From the NCBI GenBank assembly GCA_020724555.1, contig DYGT01000002.1, positions 40,271 to 104,270 of the forward strand: a stretch of 64,000 nucleotides of DNA. Direction: 5' to 3'. Origin of the DNA: Candidatus Microgenomatus sp. (GTDB lineage Bacteria > Patescibacteriota > Microgenomatia > UBA8517). Position 1 is the first letter of the stretch; every line of letters starts with the position of its first letter. The notes beneath the pieces are model-generated. The model searched no databases and was not told the DNA's origin. It saw only the letters and a list, made by a program, of their open reading frames with translations. Shown here piece after piece: positions 57,426 to 64,000 of this stretch. A program made the translations under genes and the position numbers.

Positions 57426-59702
57426 ATGACTGCTCAAAAACCATTGGTCGCATTTTTTAAAGACTTGGATAAAAACGATATTCCGCTTGTTGGCGGAAAG
57501 GGTGCAAATCTTGGCGAAATGGTAAATGCCGGTTTTCCTGTACCCAATGGCTTTGCCGTAACGGTTGCATCTTATGATTTATTTTTGCAGGAAAACAACC
57601 TCAAAGAGAGAATTAATGAAATATTAAAAAACACTAACCGCAACGACCCCGCCGAGCTCGAAGCCTCTTCCAAACAAATAGAACGCCTGATAATGAAATC
57701 TAGAGTGCCGGATGAAGTGGCAAAAGAAACCATTAAAGCTTACAAAAAACTGTCAGGGAAATTCCGGCGCTCTTTGACGGCTGTTCGATCATCAGCAACC
57801 GCCGAAGATTTACCCGGAGCTTCGTTTGCAGGCCAGCAAGCTACATTTTTAAACGTAAAGGGAGACGCAAACCTTTTGGAATCCATAAAAGGCTGCTGGG
57901 CATCTTTGTTTACCGGCCGCGCCATCTTTTATCGTGAAGAAAATAAAATCGACCATGCCAAAGTTAAAATTTCAGTCATTGTCCAAAAAATGATTCAATC
58001 AGAGGTTTCCGGAGTTATGTTTTCTATTGATCCGGTAACAAATGATAAAGACAGAATAATCGTGGAGGCTGTTTGGGGTTTGGGGGAAATGATAGTCCAA
58101 GGTTCGGTGGTGCCGGATACATACGCCGTGCAAAAAGATACTTACGCTATCTTAAGTAAAGTCATCTCCGACCAAGCCATACAACTTATCAAAAAAGGCA
58201 GCAAAACTATTGAGACAGAAGTCCCCCCAAAACTTCGCGACAAACAAAAAATAAGCGATGAAGAAATCGTCAAACTGGCAAAACTGGCAGCTCGTTTGCA
58301 GGAGCACTACTACTACCCGCAGGATATTGAATGGGCAAAAGAAGGAAAAGAATTATACATTGTCCAGGCCCGTCCGGTGACTACGATCGAGAGCACAGAT
58401 AAAAAAACAAGAGAGCTAAAAGACGGTGAAATTATAACGGCAACTACACCGATTGTTAAGGGCGCAGCAGCAAGCCCGGGAATCGGTACCGGCACTGTGC
58501 GTGTTCTCAAATCGCCGAAAGAAATCGGAAAAGTGAAAAACGGGGACGTTTTGGTTGCCCCCATGACAAGCCCGGATTACGTTCCGGCAATGAAACGGGC
58601 ATCTGCCATAGTAACCGACGAAGGCGGTTTAACATCTCACGCTGCAATTGTTTCCAGGGAACTCGGTGTCCCCTGTATCGTCGGAACCAAAGAAGCCACC
58701 AAAAAATTAAAAGAAAATGTAATTGTTACGGTGGACGGGACAAAAGGAGTAGTGTATTTAGGGGGTAAAGTAAAAGTAGAAAATAATAAGCCCCCTGAAA
58801 AAGAGGAAAGTAAAAAAAGAATTAAAACAGCCACCAATTTGTATGTCAACCTGGCTGAGCCTGAGCGGGCAAAAGAAATATCCAAAGAACATGTTGACGG
58901 TGTTGGGCTTTTGCGGGCAGAATTTATGATTGCTAATATCGGCATTCACCCCAAAGAGGCAATTAAAAATAAAAAGCAGGATCAATTTATTGACAAACTA
59001 TCAGGAAACTTAACTGAATTTTGTAAACATTTCGACCCAAGGCCGGTAGTATACCGGGCTACGGACTTTAAGACCAATGAATACAGAGCCTTGCCTGGCG
59101 GAGAAAAATGGGAGCCGGAAGAGCCCAATCCGCTGATGGGATACCGTGGAGCATACCGCTATATGAACGACCCGGACGTTTTTAATTTAGAAATTCAGGC
59201 TATCAAAAAAGTCAGGGAAAAATACAAAAACTTATGGTTGATGATTCCCTTTGTCCGTTCCCCCCAAGAATTGGCACAAATTAGAAGACTGATTGCCGCA
59301 GAAGGGCTTTTTGACAGCACCACCTTTAAACTGTGGATGATGGTAGAGTTGCCCGTTAATGTCATTTTGCTCAAAGACTTTATAGAAGTGGGTATAGACG
59401 GTGTGTCCATCGGTAGTAACGATTTGACAATGCTTTTATTAGGTACGGACCGCGACAATTCCGAAGTTGCAGAAGCATTTGATGAGCGCTCAAAAGTCGT
59501 CCGATGGGCGCTAAGACGCACAATAAGAACCTGTAATAAATATGGAATAACATCATCAATCTGCGGCCAGGCTCCATCAAGCTACGACGACTTGGTACAA
59601 GACCTGGTCAGATGGGGTACAACAAGTATCTCTGTAAACCCGGACGCTATCTATAGAGTCCGGGATATTATTGCAGAAACAGAAAAGGAGATTATAAAGT
59701 AA
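57426..59702 (+). CDS. ppsA: Phosphoenolpyruvate synthase
   Basis: GGKGANLGE, AVRSSATAED, QARP, TSHAAIVSRE, SIGSNDL and ICGQAPS motifs. Confidence 0.95.
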   Translation: MTAQKPLVAFFKDLDKNDIPLVGGKGANLGEMVNAGFPVPNGFAVTVASYDLFLQENNLKERINEILKNTNRNDPAELEASSKQIERLIMKSRVPDEVAKETIKAYKKLSGKFRRSLTAVRSSATAEDLPGASFAGQQATFLNVKGDANLLESIKGCWASLFTGRAIFYREENKIDHAKVKISVIVQKMIQSEVSGVMFSIDPVTNDKDRIIVEAVWGLGEMIVQGSVVPDTYAVQKDTYAILSKVISDQAIQLIKKGSKTIETEVPPKLRDKQKISDEEIVKLAKLAARLQEHYYYPQDIEWAKEGKELYIVQARPVTTIESTDKKTRELKDGEIITATTPIVKGAAASPGIGTGTVRVLKSPKEIGKVKNGDVLVAPMTSPDYVPAMKRASAIVTDEGGLTSHAAIVSRELGVPCIVGTKEATKKLKENVIVTVDGTKGVVYLGGKVKVENNKPPEKEESKKRIKTATNLYVNLAEPERAKEISKEHVDGVGLLRAEFMIANIGIHPKEAIKNKKQDQFIDKLSGNLTEFCKHFDPRPVVYRATDFKTNEYRALPGGEKWEPEEPNPLMGYRGAYRYMNDPDVFNLEIQAIKKVREKYKNLWLMIPFVRSPQELAQIRRLIAAEGLFDSTTFKLWMMVELPVNVILLKDFIEVGIDGVSIGSNDLTMLLLGTDRDNSEVAEAFDERSKVVRWALRRTIRTCNKYGITSSICGQAPSSYDDLVQDLVRWGTTSISVNPDAIYRVRDIIAETEKEIIK

Positions 59703-61012
59703 TGGCAGTCATAAAACGGGTCTGGGCAAGAGAAATTCTTGACTCAAGAAGTACGCCCACAGTAGAAGCCGCCGTTATGCTGGACAACGGCGTCGTATCC
59801 GTTTTTTCCGTTCCCTCAGGAGCATCCACCGGCACCCATGAAGCTCTGGAGCTTCGTGACCATGATGAAACACGCTATCGGGGCAAAGGCGTACTCAAAG
59901 CCGTAAACAATATTAACCAAATAATAGGACCTAATTTGATCATGGCTAATCTAGACCCCACACATCAGGAAGAAATTGACAACAAAATGAAGCAAATGGA
60001 CGGAACCGATAACAAATCTCGGCTTGGCGCTAATTCCATCCTTGCCGTATCCGGAGCGGTGTGTAAAGCGGCAGCCATCGCTCAAGGTAAAACTTTATAT
60101 CAATGGATTTATGAAAACGCTACACAAAAAGGCTTGAAGCCTATGATGCACGCTCCTACTCCTTTGTTTAATATGATAAATGGTGGCCTTCATGGGGCGG
60201 GGAATCTTGATTTCCAGGAATTTTTCGTTATCCCTGCCTCCAGCAAAAACTTTGCAGATGGATTGCGATTGGGATCTGAGATTTACATGATGATCGGCCA
60301 AAATCTTGCCCGCCGCGGCGCCATTCATTCGGTTGGGGATGAAGGAGGCTATGCGCCTAACCTTTTTACCAACGCCGATGCCTTGGAAATATTGGTAGAA
60401 GCAATCAGACAGACTAATTACCAAATAGGCAGGGACGTATTTTTAGGGCTTGACGTTGCTGCTAATTCTTTTTATGAAGATGGTGCTTATAAAATCCGCG
60501 ACAAATCCGCCCCTATGAATGAAGCCAGTCTGATAGCCTACTATAAAGAACTAAACAACTTATACCATATGGCGGTTCTTGAGGACCCTTTGCACGAAGA
60601 CGCGTGGGACGGCTGGAACCAATTAACAACCGAGATGGGACAGCAAATTACCATAGTAGGAGACGATCTGATAGTTACAAGCATGAAGAGACTCGAAAAA
60701 GCCATCCAAACCAAAGCTTGCAATGCAATTTTGATTAAACCCAACCAAATAGGCACAATCTCAGAAACTATAGATGTTATCAAGCACTCACGCGAAGCTA
60801 ATTGGAAAATTATCGTCAGCCACCGTTCCGGTGAAACAAATGATACTTTTATAGCGGATTTTGCTGTAGGAGTAGGAGCAGATTATGTTAAATTTGGAGC
60901 CCCTGCAAGAGGAGAGAGGGTAAGTAAATATAACCGCCTAAGCTCAATAGAAATAGAGCTGGCTTACAAAAGCCAGCAACAAACCCCACCACAACCACCG
61001 CCGCAAAATTAA
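59702..61012 (+). CDS. eno: Enolase
   Basis: VPSGASTG, QEF, GDEGG, VGDDL, KPNQIG and SHRSGET motifs. Confidence 0.97.
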   Translation: MAVIKRVWAREILDSRSTPTVEAAVMLDNGVVSVFSVPSGASTGTHEALELRDHDETRYRGKGVLKAVNNINQIIGPNLIMANLDPTHQEEIDNKMKQMDGTDNKSRLGANSILAVSGAVCKAAAIAQGKTLYQWIYENATQKGLKPMMHAPTPLFNMINGGLHGAGNLDFQEFFVIPASSKNFADGLRLGSEIYMMIGQNLARRGAIHSVGDEGGYAPNLFTNADALEILVEAIRQTNYQIGRDVFLGLDVAANSFYEDGAYKIRDKSAPMNEASLIAYYKELNNLYHMAVLEDPLHEDAWDGWNQLTTEMGQQITIVGDDLIVTSMKRLEKAIQTKACNAILIKPNQIGTISETIDVIKHSREANWKIIVSHRSGETNDTFIADFAVGVGADYVKFGAPARGERVSKYNRLSSIEIELAYKSQQQTPPQPPPQN

Positions 61013-61032
61013 TTTTAAAGTGTAACCCAGGA

Positions 61033-61662
61033 TTAATTGAGAGTATTAAATTTGCGGATGAGGCCGACGACTTTTCCCTGAATACGGACGTTTTTAACAA
61101 ATATGGGTGCCATGCTTGAATTCGCGGGCTCCAAACGGATACGCGTTGCTTCCTTAAAAAAACGCTTAAGCGTTGCCATACCGTTATCCAAAAGGGCGAC
61201 CACTATTTCACCGTCACGGGCACTTTCCGTTTCCTCGACAACCACAAAATCCCCGTCTCTGATTTGTTCTTCGATCATAGATTCGCCTCTTACCTGGAGA
61301 ACATACACTCTTTTTTTACCGGATACAAACGAAGGGGCAATGCCCATCGATGCATTTGGGTCCGTATGCGGCTCAATGGGCTGACCGGCTGCAATATAAC
61401 CCAAAATCGGCACCTCCATAGGCCGCTCCGAAGTAAAGTCGATGGTGGTATCGACAAGCTCGATGGAGCGGTTTTTACCCGGACGACGCTTAATTAAACC
61501 TTTTCTCTGAAGAGTTTCCAAATGCTCGTGTACCGTTGCCAGGGAAGAAACGTCGATAGCCTCCGCAATTTCACGCAAAGTTGGGGCATAACCGTGCGAC
61601 TGGATGAACTGCTGGATATATTCCAAAATCTGTTTTTGTCGTTTGTAAATTACCAGTGGCAT
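61033..61662 (-). CDS. lexA: SOS repressor LexA
   Basis: PTLREIA wHTH, IAAG cleavage site, GESM (Ser) and TLKR (Lys). Confidence 0.96.
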   Translation of the reverse strand: MPLVIYKRQKQILEYIQQFIQSHGYAPTLREIAEAIDVSSLATVHEHLETLQRKGLIKRRPGKNRSIELVDTTIDFTSERPMEVPILGYIAAGQPIEPHTDPNASMGIAPSFVSGKKRVYVLQVRGESMIEEQIRDGDFVVVEETESARDGEIVVALLDNGMATLKRFFKEATRIRLEPANSSMAPIFVKNVRIQGKVVGLIRKFNTLN

Positions 61663-61673
61663 ATTTATAAATG

Positions 61674-61702
61674 AATTTACTAATAAAACCCGAATGTGTC
61701 AA
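61674..61702 (-). promoter_or_regulatory. lexA promoter
   Basis: Minus strand TTGACA-17 nt-TAAATT, with ATTCGGGT in the spacer. Confidence 0.65.
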
Positions 61703-61760
61703 CTACATCTTTTTATAACAAAACTATTTTTACTCCAAAACAAATTTGGTTGCAAGCGGC

Positions 61761-61792
61761 ATTTGGGTAAAATTTGGGTTGGGTGATATAAT
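61761..61792 (+). promoter_or_regulatory. uvrB promoter with ATTTGGGT direct repeat (candidate LexA box)
   Basis: ATTTGGGT-aaa-ATTTGGGT, then TGaTATAAT ending 8 nt before the ATG. Confidence 0.55.
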
Positions 61793-61800
61793 GATAATTC

Positions 61801-63819
61801 ATGGCAAAATTTAATTTAAAATCAAACTACACACCATTATATGACCAAAAAAGGGCGATATCCGATATTGTTAATAACATCAAAAGCGACGTTGATTATC
61901 AAGTACTTTTGGGTGTAACCGGCTCCGGTAAAACTTTTACCGTGGCAAATGTAATCAACGAACTGAATATGCCTGCGCTTATAATTTCCCACAATAAAAC
62001 GCTGGCAGCGCAACTCTTTCAGGAATTTAGGGACTTTTTTCCTGACAATGCCGTTTCTTATTTCGTCAGTTACTATGATTATTATCAGCCAGAGGCGTAT
62101 ATTCCTCAAACAGATACTTACATCGAAAAAGATTCGGACGTAAACGACCTAATAGACAAACTACGCCTAGCTGCAACGACCAACATTTTGACGAGAAAAG
62201 ACGTAATTGTTGTCGCGTCAGTTTCGGCAATCTATAATATTGGTTCACCCAAACAATACGGTAAATTTATTTTTGAATTTACCCGGGGGATGAAAGTTAC
62301 GCGCGAGCAAATAATTGACAGGCTTTTGGATTTACAGTACGAGCGAGGTGATTTTGGCTTTAATCGAGGTATTTTCAGGGTGCGCGGGGACATGATTGAA
62401 ATTTTTCCGGCCTATCAAGACGAATCCATCCAAATCGAATTAAACGGCAACACCATTACTGATATAAAAATCGTGAACCCCTTAACCGGTGAGGTTGATA
62501 AACAAAAAAACGAAGCTGGTAATTTTGCTCTTTATCCGGCAAAACATTTTGTGACCGATCCTAATGAAAATAAAGACGTATTTGAGCAAATCAATCTTGA
62601 TTTAATAAAAAGGGTGTCAGAGCTTAAATCCGAAGGAAAACATCTGGAGGCACACAGGTTAAAACAAAAAGTAACTTATGATTTGGAAATGATCCAGGAA
62701 GTGGGATATGTAAAAGGCATAGAAAACTATTCGCGCTACTTCGACGGACGGGCACCGGGGGAAGCGCCTTTCAGCTTGCTTGATTATTTTCAGGAAGCTT
62801 ACGGTAAAGACTGGTTGGTTGTGATTGATGAATCTCACATCACATTTCCCCAAATCCGAGGAATGCATGCGGGTGACTTATCGCGCAAAAAAACTCTAGT
62901 TGATTACGGCTTTCGATTGCCTTCCGCCTTTGACAACCGCCCATTGACTTTTCCTGAATTTATGCGCCGAATACCTCGGTTTTTGGCAACAAGTGCTACC
63001 CCTGGGGATTGGGAACTATCTCTGGCAGGCAAATATGTTGTCGAGCAGCTTATGCGGCCAACCGGCATTCCGGACCCGATTGTAGAAATACGACCCACCA
63101 AAAAACAGGTTACAGACGTAATGGGAGAGGTGGAAAAACGCGCCAAAAAAGGACAAAAGAGTTTGATTACGACCCTTACTAAAAAAACAGCAGAGGATTT
63201 AGCAGAATATATGAGTGAAAAGGGTTTAAAAGTCCACTATCTACATTCAGACATTGATACTTTGGATAGAACCGATATTTTGGACGACCTTAGAGGCGGA
63301 AAGTACGATGCTTTAATCGGCATTAATTTACTCCGGGAAGGCTTGGATTTGCCTGAAGTCTCTTTGGTCGCCATCTTGGATGCAGACAAAGAAGGCTTTT
63401 TGCGAAGCGACGTTACCTTGATACAAACCATGGGGCGTGCGGCCAGGCACATTGAAGGGCGAGTAATTATGTATGCTGATACCATAACCGGCTCCATAAA
63501 ACGCGCGCTTGATGAGGTAGAAAGACGCCGTAAATACCAGCGTAAGATGAATAAAAAATATGGCATTACACCCACTCCCATCCTAAAACCCATCCGGAAA
63601 AAACTAATAGAGCGGGATATAGACCCGCTAGCCATTAATGAAAAAAGACAAAAAACAAGTTATAGCAGCTTACCAGAAATAGATATTGCCGCCCTCACTC
63701 CTATGGATAAAAAGAAAATGATTGGGCGTTTAAAGCGTGAAATGCGCCTGGCAGCAACCGATCTAAATTTCGAGCTTGCCATCCAGATCCGAGACAAAAT
63801 CAGGGAGCTGGAGAAGTAA
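61801..63819 (+). CDS. uvrB: Excinuclease ABC subunit B
   Basis: GVTGSGKT, YYDYYQPEAY, DESH and REGLDLPEV motifs; UVR tail. Confidence 0.98.
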   Translation: MAKFNLKSNYTPLYDQKRAISDIVNNIKSDVDYQVLLGVTGSGKTFTVANVINELNMPALIISHNKTLAAQLFQEFRDFFPDNAVSYFVSYYDYYQPEAYIPQTDTYIEKDSDVNDLIDKLRLAATTNILTRKDVIVVASVSAIYNIGSPKQYGKFIFEFTRGMKVTREQIIDRLLDLQYERGDFGFNRGIFRVRGDMIEIFPAYQDESIQIELNGNTITDIKIVNPLTGEVDKQKNEAGNFALYPAKHFVTDPNENKDVFEQINLDLIKRVSELKSEGKHLEAHRLKQKVTYDLEMIQEVGYVKGIENYSRYFDGRAPGEAPFSLLDYFQEAYGKDWLVVIDESHITFPQIRGMHAGDLSRKKTLVDYGFRLPSAFDNRPLTFPEFMRRIPRFLATSATPGDWELSLAGKYVVEQLMRPTGIPDPIVEIRPTKKQVTDVMGEVEKRAKKGQKSLITTLTKKTAEDLAEYMSEKGLKVHYLHSDIDTLDRTDILDDLRGGKYDALIGINLLREGLDLPEVSLVAILDADKEGFLRSDVTLIQTMGRAARHIEGRVIMYADTITGSIKRALDEVERRRKYQRKMNKKYGITPTPILKPIRKKLIERDIDPLAINEKRQKTSYSSLPEIDIAALTPMDKKKMIGRLKREMRLAATDLNFELAIQIRDKIRELEK

Positions 63820-64000
63820 GCAAGTCGTTTTTCAGTTTATTCCAATCTAATACGGTAATATATTCTCTACTGCTTTCTCGGCTACTGAATGGCTGCCGAT
63901 ATGAATAAGTGCCAATTAACAGTTGTTTTGCCGACATCTCATCTTCAGCTAAACCTTTTAGTACCATCTGCTGCATAATTTCTCCAAACGCACCACTAAC
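63800..64000 (-). CDS. 3' end of a hypothetical protein starting beyond the window
   Basis: Open frame of 66 codons (..VSGAFGEIMQQ..DLLTSPAP*) converging on uvrB with a 20-nt overlap. Confidence 0.5.
   Translation of the reverse strand, partial: VSGAFGEIMQQMVLKGLAEDEMSAKQLLIGTYSYRQPFSSRESSREYITVLDWNKLKNDLLTSPAP

Noticed and set aside
1-64000. CRISPR arrays, prophage, IS elements, introns/inteins, alternative genetic code
   Set aside because: No repeat-spacer pattern or mobile genes seen; DnaE, UvrB and IleS are of normal length; TGA serves as stop (rsmH, murD, rplS)

Overview
A 64-kb, gene-dense core-genome region from a small-genome bacterium. Gene content (DUF4012 and DUF5652 proteins, truncated RecO and HolA, archaeal-type PGI/PMI, alpha2 GlyRS, type 2 IleRS) suggests Patescibacteria/CPR, probably Microgenomates; this is inferred, not searched. 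In order: DUF4012-recO-glyQS; a near-complete but rearranged dcw cluster (mraZ rsmH ftsL ftsI murA murB murE-murC fusion murD ddl, an inverted hydrolase-murF pair, mraY ftsW murG ftsQ ftsA ftsZ); ileS rodA rplU rpmA parB lepB; a surface-glycosylation locus; four canonical tRNAs; polX lemA htpX clpB; gatCA-MFS-gatB; dnaE rplS ruvC holA; a sugar-phosphate/PEP cluster; and divergent lexA/uvrB. I found no rRNA, CRISPR array, transposase or integrase. Best leads: (1) a promoter-driven tRNA mimic with no canonical anticodon loop, followed by a long hairpin, between rplS and ruvC; (2) a structured GC-rich leader upstream of tRNA-Gly; (3) a MurE-MurC fusion with a degenerate DNPR motif and a compositional break inside murE; (4) a ddl / alpha-beta hydrolase / membrane-anchored MurF module; (5) widespread apparently leaderless promoters; (6) an unannotated 56-aa hydrophobic ORF with a strong SD; (7) candidate LexA, CIRCE and MraZ operators. 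All structures and base counts were done by eye.
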